This document shows, one piece after another, positions 1 through 13,414 of a DNA stretch of 64,000 nt. The stretch's first letter is position 1, and each line of letters starts with the position of its first letter. Origin of the DNA: Macrostomum lignano (lineage: Eukaryota); assembly GCA_002269645.1 (NCBI GenBank), contig NIVC01000330.1:369313-433312 (forward strand). Direction: 5' to 3'. The position numbers were made by a program, and so were the translations under genes. The notes below the pieces were generated by a model, which was not told the DNA's origin, made no database searches, and worked only from the letters and a program-made list of their open reading frames with translations.

Positions 1-162
1 GACGAGCTTGCTATGTGATTCATGCCTATGAGGACCGACTAGGTCAGATGACTAGGCCCTCACGATGTGATAATTAGGCCAGATGTCCAAGTGTGCAGAG
101 CATACGAGGGTTGTGTTATTACCACATTTCTACCACGGCTCAAAACTCAACAAATGAGCTAA

Positions 163-957
<795 letters not shown>

Positions 958-1074
958 TGAGCAATGCAGTTGCTGTAAATCGAAAAACTACTGTCAATTC
1001 GCGATTCAAGTACACGTGCACTTTTGGTGATTGAGTTCTCGCTAGTTGCCTGCATTCTTAGTTGGTTTGCCTTC

Positions 1075-1620
1075 TGATTGGCTCTCAGTCTCAATCTTAC
1101 TGTCCCTCTTTCCCGTCTTCGCCTCATGATTGGCTGTCAGTTTTCTATCTCACTGTCTCTCTCTTTCCCGTCTTCGCCTCATGATTGGCTCTCAGTCTCA
1201 ATCTTACTGTCCCTCTTTCCCGTCTTCGCCTCATGATTGGCTCTCAGTCTCAATCTTACTGTCCCTCTTTCCCGTCTTCGCCTCATGATTGGCTGTCAGT
1301 TTTCTATCTCACTGTCTCTCTCTTTCCCGTCTTCGCCTCATGATTGGCTCTCAGTCTCAATCTTACTCTCCCTCTTTCCCGTCTTCGCCTCATGATTGGC
1401 TGTCAGTCTCAATCTTACTGTCCCTCTTTCCCGTCTTCGCCTCATGATTGGCTCTCAGTCTCAATCTTACTGTCCCTCTTTCCCGTCTTCGCCTCATGAT
1501 TGGCTGTCAGTTTTCTATCTCACTGTCTCTCTCTTTCCCGTCTTCGCCTCATGATTGGCTCTCAGTCTCAATCTTACTCTCCCTCTTTCCCGTCTTCGCC
1601 TCATGATTGGCTGTCAGTTC
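1075..1620. repeat. Intronic minisatellite, about 52-55-bp unit, about 10 copies
   Basis: Unit gctctcagtctcaatcttactgtccctctttcccgtcttcgcctcatgattg, with an interspersed variant gctgtcagttttctatctcactgtc... Confidence 0.9.
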
Positions 1621-1793
1621 TCAAACTCACAACCCTGCTTAAGCTTTTCTGTTCCTAGTCTCTTGACTCCTAAAATCAACATTATCTCTTCTCTCTTCCG
1701 ACTCCTGATTGACTAGCAGTTTTCTTCCTTAATTTTAATCGCAATAAATTAAAAATAAATATTAATCATTCCCGCAAAACGCTAATGAATTAA

Positions 1794-2342
<549 letters not shown>

Positions 2343-2774
2343 TGATAGTTAGTGACAATTTCACTAGTTGACTATTGAGAACCAGTTCTCAAGCTTAATA
2401 CATTAGCGATATAACAAACAAAAGTTACAACTCTAAAACATGGCATACGGCTTATTGATTCAACATTCTTGCCCGAGATTAACAAACAGACTGAATAAAA
2501 AAAGCGTGTTATGCATTATGAAACATTTTATTATACTTGCACTTGTCTGCTTCGAGAATGCAACTAATCGAATTTATCTAAAAATACAAACGTGTTTATT
2601 TACGCCTATTGGAATCAATTTTTACAAATATTTTAATCGTCAATAAAAGCCTAAACAAGATCTATAAGTACAATACTAGCCTACTGATAGTAGTTAGGCT
2701 AAATTTTCCAAATTAGCTAAATTAAATATGGAGACAATCGTCACTACTAGGATAAGCTTTCAGTTACAATCAAA

Positions 2775-3222
2775 GATACTAAAATAACTAGATGGGCCAC
2801 TCTGGCATAAATACGTAGTAAAACAGCTTTCTACTTCCAGCTCAGTAGCAAAGAAGAATACATAAGCTATTTTATAAAAATCAAGGGCAAGGCAGCTGAA
2901 ATGACTTTGATAAGTTTAGAAGCCCAAGCTTGCAGGCGTAAACAACTTGCTAATTGGTTCAGCCATAATGTACATTAGCCAGTCTACTGAAATGTACATG
3001 GCAGCTTTAGGCTGGAATTCCGAGGAAGGCAATAAAATTGGGGCGGGGCGGGGGGTGGTAGTGTGGAAAGGCTCAGTTAGATGGTTTAAGCTGGGGGTAA
3101 GAGCCAATAAATTGAGCCTTGGCTTTAAAAATATATAAAAATGCTTCTGTTTTACTTACTACTGAACTGAAAGTAGTTTACACGTAAATGTGCTGAGTGG
3201 CCCATCTAGTTATTCTAGTATC
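2775..3222. mobile_element. Putative MITE, about 450 bp, with 28-bp terminal inverted repeats
   Basis: gatactaaaataactagatgggccactc (2775-2802) and its reverse complement with 1 mismatch at 3195-3222; no coding content. Confidence 0.55.
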
Positions 3223-3310
3223 TGTGGTTACAATACTTCGGCCTACTGATAGTAGTGCGATATAAAAAAGTATCGACAATAAAAAAGCATCATAAAAAGA
3301 AGAAAATTAC

Positions 3311-3387
3311 CTGAACAGAGCGCAACAACTCGGTCTTCTGCTCCGAGGTCAGCATGGTTACATCCGGCGGCACTTTAATACGGTTTT
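3311..3387 (-). CDS. Spectrin-repeat protein, exon 6 of my model (ENRIKVPPDVTMLTSEQKTELLRSVQ); terminal exon unresolved
   Basis: tttattcag acceptor, GTAA donor, phase 1 to 0, in frame with the upstream exons. Confidence 0.7.
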
Positions 3388-3475
3388 CTGAATAAAAAAT
3401 GAACAAAACATAAACACGATTATAAAGAAAATACTAAAACAGTGGTGTTAAATAATACTTGAAAATAATACAGAC

Positions 3476-3526
3476 CATTAGCCGTATCTAGCCAATCTTG
3501 AGCTTCCTGGAGGTCGCATTCCAAGT
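3476..3526 (-). CDS. Spectrin-repeat protein, exon 5 (DLECDLQEAQDWLDTAN), 51 bp
   Basis: ttttcag acceptor, GT donor, phase 1 to 1; helix-A Trp pattern of a spectrin repeat. Confidence 0.7.
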
Positions 3527-4403
3527 CTGAAAATAATGGTGTGAAAAATTGGATGCTTAATTTTTCTTCTACCATTTTTTATAGAAAATCGGGAGAAATT
3601 AACGAAAAGGATGTGTTCAACTGGGAGTATACTACGGAAGGCGAGGGTCATTTCGGGTCACTGTCACTTGAGAGGAAAGGTTGGGTGAACAATTAATTCC
3701 CACACTTGCACTAGCAGGTGAGCTAGTGTAGATGAGCCAGAAATTACAATTCAAGCCCCAGCTAGTGTCGTGAATGAGTTTTGTCACGCAACAATAGAAT
3801 AAATAATTATGATGAGTAGTGGGGATCTGATGCTGCAGAAGCAAAAATTTCCACTGCCTAACGAGCCACTTCAGCATAACTGTTACAGCAGAAACTACAG
3901 CTTCAAAGACTAAAAGCTATTACGTCAGGCACTCATTGTATTCTATATTTTCTAGAGTATGGACGGGAAATCAATATGAGTGCCGATTCTGGCATTCCCA
4001 GCTATTGCAGCTGGCAAGCGCGAGTGACTCATCACCGCTCTCAGGGTAGGCGATTAGAGCAGTCACCCCCACACTGCCCTCAGACCCTCTAAGCAGGGCT
4101 GAGCTCGCACTGGGTTGAAAAAACACACAACTGGGATCTGCGTTAACAATGGCGATGAAATGAAGCTGGCCTAGGCTTATATTGAGGAGGGCATTGTTGA
4201 ATGAATAATATGATTGAGCCTGCAGATCTGAAACCCCCATCACTGAGTTCAATAATTTACACCGCCAGTGTTCAGATGCTGCATGCCATTAAGCTTAATT
4301 AGATCCGATCTGATAACAAAAAATACCACCTAACCTAATGAACCCGGAATGACCCATCACAAGTATCTATAGACGGAATAAGTGGCGGCCCAGCAACAGA
4401 GGA

Positions 4404-5699
4404 TCTGGGAGGCTGGCTCAGCAACTGATGATTTGGGAGGCTGGCCCGGCAACTGAGGATCTGGGAGGCTGGCTCAGCAACTGATGATTTGGGAGGCTGG
4501 CCCGGCAACTGAGGATCTGGGAGGCTGGCTCAGCAACTGATGATTTGGGAGGCTGGCCCGGCAACTGAGGATCTGGGAGGCTGGCCCGGCAACTGAGGAT
4601 CTGGGAGGCTGGCTCAGCAACTGATGATTTGGGAGGCTGGCCCGGCAACTGAGGATCTGGGAGGCTGGCTCAGCAACTGATGATTTGGGAGGCTGGCCCG
4701 GCAACTGAGGATCTGGGAGGCTGGCCCAGCAACTGAGGATCTGGGAGGCTGGCTCAGCAACTGATGATTTGGGAGGCTGGCCCGGCAACTGAGGATCTGG
4801 GAGGCTGGCCCGGCAACTGAGGATCTGGGAGGCTGGCTCAGCAACTGATGATTTGGGAGGCTGGCCCGGCAACTGAGGATCTGGGAGGCTGGCTCAGCAA
4901 CTGATGATTTGGGAGGCTGGCCCGGCAACTGAGGATCTGGGAGGCTGGCCCAGCAACTGAGGATCTGGGAGGCTGGCTCAGCAACTGATGATTTGGGAGG
5001 CTGGCTCAGCAACTGATGATTTGGGAGGCTGGCCCGGCAACTGAGGATCTGGGAGGCTGGCTCAGCAACTGATGATTTGGGAGGCTGGCCCGGCAACTGA
5101 GGATCTGGGAGGCTGGCTCAGCAACTGATGATTTGGGAGGCTGGCCCGGCAACTGAGGATCTGGGAGGCTGGCCCGGCAACTGAGGATCTGGGAGGCTGG
5201 CTCAGCAACTGATGATTTGGGAGGCTGGCCCGGCAACTGAGGATCTGGGAGGCTGGCTCAGCAACTGATGATTTGGGAGGCTGGCCCGGCAACTGAGGAT
5301 CTGGGAGGCTGGCCCAGCAACTGAGGATCTGGGAGGCTGGCTCAGCAACTGATGATTTGGGAGGCTGGCTCAGCAACTGATGATTTGGGAGGCTGGCCCG
5401 GCAACTGAGGATCTGGGAGGCTGGCTCAGCAACTGATGATTTGGGAGGCTGGCCCGGCAACTGAGGATCTGGGAGGCTGGCTCAGCAACTGATGATTTGG
5501 GAGGCTGGCCCGGCAACTGAGGATCTGGGAGGCTGGCCCGGCAACTGAGGATCTGGGAGGCTGGCTCAGCAACTGATGATTTGGGAGGCTGGCCCAGCAA
5601 CTGAGGATCTGGGAGGCTGGCCCAGCAACTGAGGATCTGTGAGGCTGGCCCGGCAACTGAGGATCTGGGAGGCTGGCCTAGCAACTGAGGATCTGGGAG
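4404..5699. repeat. 28-bp minisatellite, about 46 copies, two interleaved variants
   Basis: gggaggctggcccggcaactgaggatct and gggaggctggctcagcaactgatgattt; the ORFs called here are repeat artefacts. Confidence 0.95.
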
Positions 5700-5769
5700 T
5701 GTGGCTGCAGCTCAAGCTGAGCAGTGAGACGCACACAAGGCGGGCGCAGCCACGGGCAGGTGAACTCAC

Positions 5770-5962
5770 CAACTAGCAGCGAGCCGCCGTTGCCAGGCCA
5801 GAGCTCCAGCGCCGCGTCAACAGCCAGCCAGGCCTCCTGCATGCTGCGCATCTTGGCGGAGACGTCGTCGGCAACGCGTGGATTAGCGACACAGAGCGTG
5901 CTGGCATAGTGGGACACCTTCTTCTGAGCTGACAGGTGGGCGCGATGGTCCGATTCGGCGTC
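5770..5962 (-). CDS. Spectrin-repeat protein, exon 4 (DAESDHRAHLSAQKKVSHYASTL...SMQEAWLAVDAALELWPGNGGSLLV)
   Basis: tgtcaag acceptor, GTGAG donor, 193 bp, phase 0 to 1; helix-C Trp pattern. Confidence 0.75.
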
Positions 5963-6689
5963 CTTGACAACAAGGAATTATAATCAATGTAGACAGATTT
6001 GGGTGGCAGACTCTTTTCCATCGTACATAAATTTAACATCAAATTTAGACTGGTTGTTAAAGGGACATGACCCCGTCATATAAATTTAAGGAATATGCGG
6101 CGGCAATTGCCCTCCCTGGCATTAAGATGAGGCCTTTAAATTCGCGATTTATGCAAACTACAATGCGTTATCCATTCGGAAGGGGTCAGCTGCCCCCTTT
6201 GACAATGGGGGTCATAAATACAAGGAAACGACAGTGATAAGAGAATAAATGAATGACGCGCTTCACACTATACTGGATGACAGTTTATACGCATCCTGCC
6301 ATATACAGAGTATTATAAGCATATCAAACTGTAAAATATGGCACAAGCCTATCGATTACAAACGCCGCGTTCGCGCGACCACCCACTTTACGATTATCCG
6401 TATTCGTCATATTCATAATACTCACTCACACTATAGGCTTATAGATAATAAGCAAGTAAAGCTGGCCCGCAGGCCTTTTATTATAAATAAAGAGCTTGAT
6501 AATGCAAAAACTCCAATGCCGGCTCACAAACTGCATTACGTAACCCCCCCCCCTACAAGGCGCCCTCAATCCCAGTCGCGTTTCTGAACTCAGCCAAAAC
6601 ACACAATTTTCAGCCTCAATCGGAACCCAATTCTTTCTCTCCTGGAGTCGCTCGGGTTTCCCCGTCGCTTTTTAATTTTTTTGCTGATT

Positions 6690-6945
6690 ACCCAAGTTTC
6701 CCAAATTTCCAAAACAATAGCAGCCCGGCCAGCTCAAGGTTTGTTTAAGCTTTTTGTATTTAATCCTCTCTCTTTTTTCTCCTCTACATCTGCCTTCTCT
6801 CTCCGCTCTCGGCTCCTTTCTCTCATCTACTTCTCTTCTCTCCTCTCCCTCCTCTCCTCTTCTCTCCACTCTTCCCCTTTATTCCATCGCCTCTCCTTTC
6901 TCCCATCTCTCTTCTCTATTCCCTCTCCTCTCTGCCCTCCTCTGG
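6690..6945. repeat. CT-rich low-complexity tract
   Basis: Long polypyrimidine stretch. Confidence 0.8.
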
Positions 6946-7304
6946 CCCGCAGCCATGCTCTAGGTTCTCTATCTAAGTTTGCCAACCCCTGGCCTATATG
7001 CAGTGCCAGACCCCAAGAAACATGACGCATGAACGACTTAAGTAGGATGGAGAACTTCATTTCTTAGAAAATATTTCAAAGCTGGTTTCATGTGTGAATA
7101 TACTACAAAGATTGGATTATTTTCATATTTTAACACAGTAATAAAGCAATAAAAACACTGGAAAATCATATCGAGTTTCTAAGAAACGAAGAACTTTGAC
7201 CTGCCAATGACAAAGTACCAGCGTAGAGTACCTTTCTTAAAAAAAGTAATTAGTTTTCTGTTTTCAATTTTCATAAGGCCAAAGCATCACACATGATTCC
7301 TCGA

Positions 7305-8288
7305 AATGGAAGCGATGGGATTCGAAGAGGAAGCGATGGGGTCCAGAGGGGAAGCGATGGGATTCGAAACTTAAGCGATGGGATTCGAGACTTAAGCGAT
7401 GGGATTCGAGGAGGAAGCGATAGGGTCCAGAGGGGAAGCGATGGGATTCGAAACTTAAGCGATGGGATTCGAAGAGGAAGCGATGGGGTCCAGAGGGGAA
7501 GCGATGGGATCCAGAGGGGAAGCGATGGGATCCAGAGGGGAAGCGATGGGATTCGAAATGGAAGCGATATGATTCGAAATGGAAGCGATGGGATTCGAAA
7601 TGGAAGCGATGGGATTCGAAATAGAAGCGATGGGATTCGAAGGGGAAGCGATGGGATCCAGAGGGGAAGCGATGGGATTCGAAATGGAAGCGATAGGATT
7701 CGAAATGGAAGCGATGGGATTCGAAATGAAAGCGATGGGATTCGAAATGGAAGCGATGGGATTCGAAATGAAAGCGATGGGATTCGAAATGGAAGCGATG
7801 GGATTCGAAATAGAAGCGATGGGATTCGAAGGGGAAGCGATGGGATCCAGAGGGGAAGCGATGGGATTCGAAATGGAAGCGATATGATTCGAAATGGAAG
7901 CGATGGGATTCGAAATAGAAGCGATGGGATTCGAAGGGGAAGCGATGGGATCCAGAGGGGAAGCGATGGGATTCGAAATGGAAGCGATATGATTCGAAAT
8001 GGAAGCGATGGGATTCGAAATAGAAGCGATGGGATTCGAAGGGGAAGCGATGGGATCCAGAGGGGAAGCGATGGGATTCGAAATGGAAGCGATAGGATTC
8101 GAAATGGAAGCGATGGGATTCGAAATGGAAGCGATATGATTCGAAATGGAAGCGATGGGATTCGAAATAGAAGCGATGGGATTCGAAGGGGAAGCGATGG
8201 GATCCAGAGGGGAAGCGATGGGATTCGAAATGGAAGCGATAGGATTCGAAATGGAAGCGATGGGATTCGAAATGAAAGCGATGGGATT
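7305..8288. repeat. 21-bp minisatellite, left part (about 47 copies); continues at 12631-12850 after the retrotransposon
   Basis: Unit gatgggattcgaaatggaagc and variants; long ORFs in several frames are 7-aa repeat artefacts. Confidence 0.95.
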
Positions 8289-11200
8289 TGTTGTGCTTTT
8301 TGGCTGTAGCCTTTAGCAATTGTCAGTCTAGCGGTCTGTTGACCTCTGACGCGTCTATTATTTATTTCATAACTCAATAGCATGGTTCAATTCATCAACG
8401 CAGTCGCGTAACAAAAATGTCTATGGCAAAGCCATCAACCCACAACACCCTCCCTCTTCTATAGGTAGGTGTACAATTATCACTCAGGTGTGATAAAAAA
8501 TTCTAGTTTTCTTGGCCAAGCGTTCGCTTCGCCTGGGTGACGGCTTGGATTGAACTCCAACCTCAGTCTGTTGCTGTTGTGCTCTCTCAGCTTGTTCTGT
8601 TCCCGGTAGTATCTCAGTGTCTGTCGATGACGGACGCGTCTGTTGGCCGTCGTCACTTGGACTGCTGCCACCGGGCTTGGAATCCCCCATTTCCATAGTT
8701 CCGTGAGCCTCAGGTACCTCACCGATTCGTAGTTGATCAAGGTGGGTCTTTAGATTTTGTCCAGTCTCTGTGGTGACGACTGCTGTGTTGCTGCCAAGCA
8801 TTTTGGCGAATCTCAACAGTTCGTGGCTCATGAGAACTCGATGCACGGTAGATGAGTGATTCTCCTGGGATCCACTTGGACTGAGTGCTGCTCTCCGAGA
8901 TGGGGAGTCTTATTTGTCTGCCGTTCAACAACTCGGACGGTGATGCTTGCTGCTTCCCTTTGGCAGCTCTGTAGAACAGTAGAAATCTGTCAATACTTCT
9001 TTGGGATAAACCATTGGTCTTGATTGTCTCTTTGACGGTTCGCACCATTCGCTCTGCAATGCCGTTGCTCTGTGGATGGTAGGCGGGCGTTGTGATGTGC
9101 GAACAGCCAATCTGGGTGAGCCAGCCGGTCACCGCTTCGCTCACAAAACTAGGGCCGTTGTCTGACACGAGACACTTGGGCACCCCCTGTTGTGAGAACA
9201 ATCTTCTAAGTCTGGAAATGACTGTGTCGGCCTTCATGTCGCTCGTGATGAAGACTTCCGGGTAGCTCGAGTGCGCATCCACAATGATGAGTAGGTACTT
9301 GCCCTCTATCGGACCGGCAAAATCAATGTGCACTCGCTCCCAGGGGTTGTCAGGTTCTGGCCACGAGTGCCGAAAGTTCTTATTTCTGGACTTGTACGCG
9401 TTGCACACGTTGCATCGTCCAATGTAGTCAGCGATGTCACGGTCCATCTGTGGCCACCAGAACTGTTCCCTCAAAATTGACTTTGACTTTTCCACCCCAA
9501 GGTGCGTTGAGTGTACAGCTGCCAGGGCAGTTTCTCTCAGGACACGAGGCAATACAATTCTGTTCATTCTGTAAATAATTCCATCATTGACAGTTAGCTC
9601 ATCTTGAACCTTTGAGTAGCTGAGTAGGTGTGGGTCGTCAAATAGATTATTGTTAATTATGGCTGCGCCCAGGCATCTGAACTCCGGGTCCTCTCTGGTT
9701 GCGTGTGCAACGCGATCCAGCTGAATTACTCCCGGGTTGTCAGCTTCGAGAAGTCCGATCGATGCTGTCTGTGCATTCGGCTTAGCGGGCACCAGTCGAG
9801 ATAGCGCATCCGACAGCATTAGCTTTGATGGTCGATACTGTATGTCATAGTCATAAGCAGCTAGTATGATTGCCCATCGTTGTAGTCGAGCTGAAACTCT
9901 GGTGGGCAGCTGTTTGTCTGGCGCGAATATGTATGTGAGGGGCCGGTGATCAGTTATCAGTGTGAACCTCCGGCCATACAAGAACCGATGGCATCTTTGA
10001 ATGCACCAAACCAGTGCCAGGCCTTCACGCTCTATTTGCGAATATTTTGTTTCGGCGTCAGACAGAGTCTTGCTCATGTACAGCACGACTTGACCGCTTT
10101 GTGTCAACACTCCGCCCAGAGCTCGCTGAGAACTGTCGCATTCCAGTTCAATGGGCTTCTCCGGATCAAATATTTGAAGACTCGATTGATCAGAGAGAGT
10201 GACCTTGATTTCGTCAAATGCTATTTGACACTCCTTTGTCCACTCGAAGTCCTCATTTTTCTTTCTTAGTCGATTGAGAGGCTTGGTCAGTGCAGCTAGG
10301 TTTCTGATGAACTTGCCGCTAAAATTTACGAGACCCAGGAAAGATTCAGCTCGCCAACGTTCTGCGGTGGTGTCATGTCCTGGATTGCCTTCACTTTGGC
10401 TGGGTCCGGCTTGAGCTGATCTCCTTCCAATAAGTAGCCTAGAAACTTGATCGAAGTCTTGCGGAATTCACTTTTCGCCGTGTTGATCTTCAATCCTTGC
10501 TGGTTTAGTCGATGCAATACTTCTGTCTCACGAACTGCCAATTGTTCTACGCCTTTGCCGCATATCAATATGTCGTCTACGTAGGCAATGACGCCAGGAA
10601 CTCCTTGTAGGACTTGGCTAATGTACCGCTGGAAGATCGCAGGTGCTGTTTTCACTCCGAACGGAAGCTTGTTGAAAGCGAACATCCCAAATGGTGTTGA
10701 CATTACTGTCAGCTCTTTGGAAGCTTCATCTAGTGGGATCTGGTGATAAGCTTTCTCTAGGTCCAGACGAGTGTATATCCGGCTGCCAGTAGCAGTTGCA
10801 ATCACTTCGTCAGGTGCAGGCATCGGATATGAATCGTTGATAAGATGAGAATTGATTGTCACCTTGTAGTCGACGCAAAGTCTGAGCTTTCCAGAAGGTT
10901 TCTTGACCACGACAATTGGTGAGGCCCATTCACTGAACTTGACGGGCTTGATGGTGTCTTCTTCAAGCAACCGATCGACTTCATCCTTGACTCCCTGTCT
11001 GAGTGCGAAGGGTAGCGGCCTGGGTTTGCAATGGATTGGAGTGGTTCCTTCCTTGATCTTAAGAGTTACTGGTGGAAATTCGCATGACTGGGTTGCCGAT
11101 GTGCAGCTGTTGTCTACAGCGTTTAGCGTGAAATTGAGCTTGTCTCGGCCAACCAGAACAAAGTTCCTCTGCGATTCCACAATGAAGAATGTGATTGGAA

Positions 11201-12630
11201 TGAACTCGTCATTGTACTCCAACTCAGTGTCGTGTGTTCCAAAGACCTTCATCTGTGTATCAGCGTATGTTGTCAGAACAGTGTCTGTAGGTGTCAGCTT
11301 TGGACAACCCAATCGTTTCCAGATCGTTTTTGACATTACTGAAACTCCTGCCCCAGTATCGATTTGTGCGTTCACGCTAAGCATCGACCCGCTCGTGTGT
11401 CTGAGCCTAACAGGCACGGTGTAGCTATCAACGGGATGTCGAATGTGAAAACAATCCTCCTGTTCAGCTTCGCTTGCATCTACAAAGCTTGTGGTCCTTG
11501 GCCACACTGCAGCTCGCCTAAATTGACCAGATGCTGACGGGCTTTTGAACGATTTTCGGCCTTTGCCAAAACCAGTTGATTTTGCTTTGCAAACTGTTGC
11601 GAAGTGGTTTTGCATGCCACATTTGTTGCACGTTTTCCCTTTCGCAGGACACCCTCCATTGGAGCCATGCATTGTGCCACATCTGCCACACTTGGAGCTT
11701 GTAGAGTGGGAGCCTCTGGCCACCGATGCTGAAATTTTCATTACTTCAGAAGACTGCGGCTGACTGGTGCAACCCTTTAGTATTTGCGTTTGTGATAGGT
11801 TCTGGTGCGCCTCAGCGATGTTGATAGCTGTCTCAAACGTGAGAGTGCTGAAGTCCTGTTCCAATAACTTGCTGATGGCCACCTTGTCATTCAAACCGAA
11901 TACGAGCTGATCTCTCAGTCTCTTATCTCTGGATAGGCCAAACTGACACTTGTCTGCTTGCATGCAGAGTTGCTGTGCATACTCACGAATGCTCATTGAT
12001 GCCGTGCGAGTGATATGCTGGAAATTGAATCTCTCAGCCATGACGAACGTCTTTGGTTCCAGGATGCTGGCCAGTAGTTTGGTCAGTTCATCGAAGCTCT
12101 TTTCTCCCGGCTTCTTGGGAGCGGCTCGATCGGCCAATGCGTCGTACAGCTTGATGCTGAGCTTCATCAGCAGCAGCTTGTTTTTCGTGTTGTCCTGCCA
12201 GCCGTTGATTTCGCTGCACAGTATGAATCGGTCCAACCACCTCTGGAAGTTAGAACTTTCATCGAGTTTTTCGATGTCAACTTGCTGTCCTCTCGATACT
12301 TGTGCGCTTGGGTTCTGCGCTGTCGCTGTTGCCGACTTTGTCGCTTGGACTGATTTCGACGAGATCGCAAGCGGTGGTGCTTTGTCGCTCGAAACCGTTT
12401 TACCAACTCCTTTAGTTGGCGATGCTGGCGTACTTCCAGGCATTTTCGTAGCCTATGCTTGCCGACGCCACTGTTGTGCTTTTTGGCTTTAGCCTGAAGC
12501 AATTGTCAGTCTAGCGGTCTGCTGACCTCTGACGCGTTTATTATTTATTTCATAACTCAATAGCATGGTTCAATTCATCAACGCAGTCGCGTAACAAAAA
12601 TGTCTATGGCAAAGCCATCAACCCACAACA
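8289..12630 (-). mobile_element. Compact full-length Ty3/Gypsy LTR retrotransposon (4342 bp; Mag-like by impression)
   Basis: 159-bp LTRs TGTTGTG...CACAACA at 8289-8447 and 12472-12630 (5 mismatches by eye); 5-bp TSD GGATT; PBS TGGCGTCGGCAAG inside the right LTR; PPT AGAAGAGGGAGGG beside the left LTR. Confidence 0.97.
8484..12443 (-). pseudogene. gag-pol polyprotein of the compact Gypsy element, broken by two single-base frameshifts (near 10345 and near 8800)
   Basis: Gag with CX2CX4HX4C, protease IDTGA, RT YVDD, RNase H, integrase HHCC and D-D-E (HIDFAGP, SDNGP, NGIAERMV); the frame is restored by +1 nt at CTGAA-TCT and by -1 nt in CAAAATG. Confidence 0.9.
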
Positions 12631-12850
12631 GGATTCGAAGGGGAAGCGATGGGATCCAGAGGGGAAGCGATGGGATTCGAAGGGGAAGCGATGGGATCCA
12701 GAGGGGAAGCGATGGGATTCGAAATGGAAGCGATGGGATTCGAAATGGAAGCGATGGGATTCGAAATGGAAGCGATGGGATTCGAAATGGAAGCGATGGG
12801 ATTCGAAATTGAAGGGATGGGATTTGAAGGAGAAGCAATGGAATGCGAAA
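12631..12850. repeat. 21-bp minisatellite, right part
   Basis: Same unit as 7305-8288; resumes in register at the TSD. Confidence 0.92.
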
Positions 12851-12923
12851 GGGAAGCAATGAGCCTTTTAAGACCACTACGTCTTTGTGAAACATCAAAA
12901 CACACATAAAACTGGCCCCTCAC

Positions 12924-13079
12924 CAAATGCATCAGGTAGCGTTCAGCCTTGGACGCGGCGGGCCGCTGCAGGCGCAGCTGCAATTGCCGCAGCCAATCGT
13001 TGTGCTCCTTCCACATGCTGTAGAACTCCAACAGTGTGTGAGCGTCGTCTCCGCCTGTCTCCGATTGGTTCTCCATCGA
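12924..13079 (-). CDS. Spectrin-repeat protein, exon 3 (SMENQSETGGDDAHTLLEFYSMWKEHNDWLRQLQLRLQRPAASKAERYLMHL)
   Basis: ttccgcag acceptor, GTGAG donor, 156 bp, phase 0 to 0; F..W...WL helix-A pattern. Confidence 0.78.
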
Positions 13080-13414
13080 CTGCGGAATAGCAATGGTAGT
13101 AGGCTGTGGATATAAGTACATTTTGGCTAGTTCATTCATAGCCCCGTTTTAATAAGGACTTGCAAATCAGCCACTGCCTCCAGTTGCAGTTGGAGTTTTG
13201 TAATTCTAATTAGCAATTTTGTTAGCATTGGCACTAATTTGCCTACCGAATAACACGTTGGTTCAGTAACGGAAATAACCGTTTTCAGTAAAGTTGGGAA
13301 GCACGAAAAAGTGCAAATATCAGAGAACTAAATAAACAGATATGTTGGCAATACGTTTCTTTCAAGTGCGTAAAGACTTTGTACTTGGACAAAAGCACTT
13401 TACAGTTGTCATTG

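Noticed and set aside
3632-3680. VTVTRNDPRLP resembles the UFM1 N-terminus (ITLTSDPRLP)
   Set aside because: It is followed by a stop, lies 60 kb downstream of the UFM1 exon and in the wrong order; likely chance.
3971-4252. Possible extra exon of the spectrin-repeat gene (good acceptor near 4070)
   Set aside because: I found no donor giving a phase-compatible, stop-free exon, and the flanking exons already join in frame.
4404-5699. CRISPR-like appearance of regular 28-bp units (also the 38-, 43- and 31-bp arrays)
   Set aside because: Units are head-to-tail with no unique spacers, there are no cas genes, and the context is eukaryotic.
7264-8383. Long ORFs in several frames (FESHR, RIPSL and GSDGIR repeats)
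   Set aside because: They are translations of a stop-poor 21-bp minisatellite that is interrupted by an LTR element and lies in an intron.
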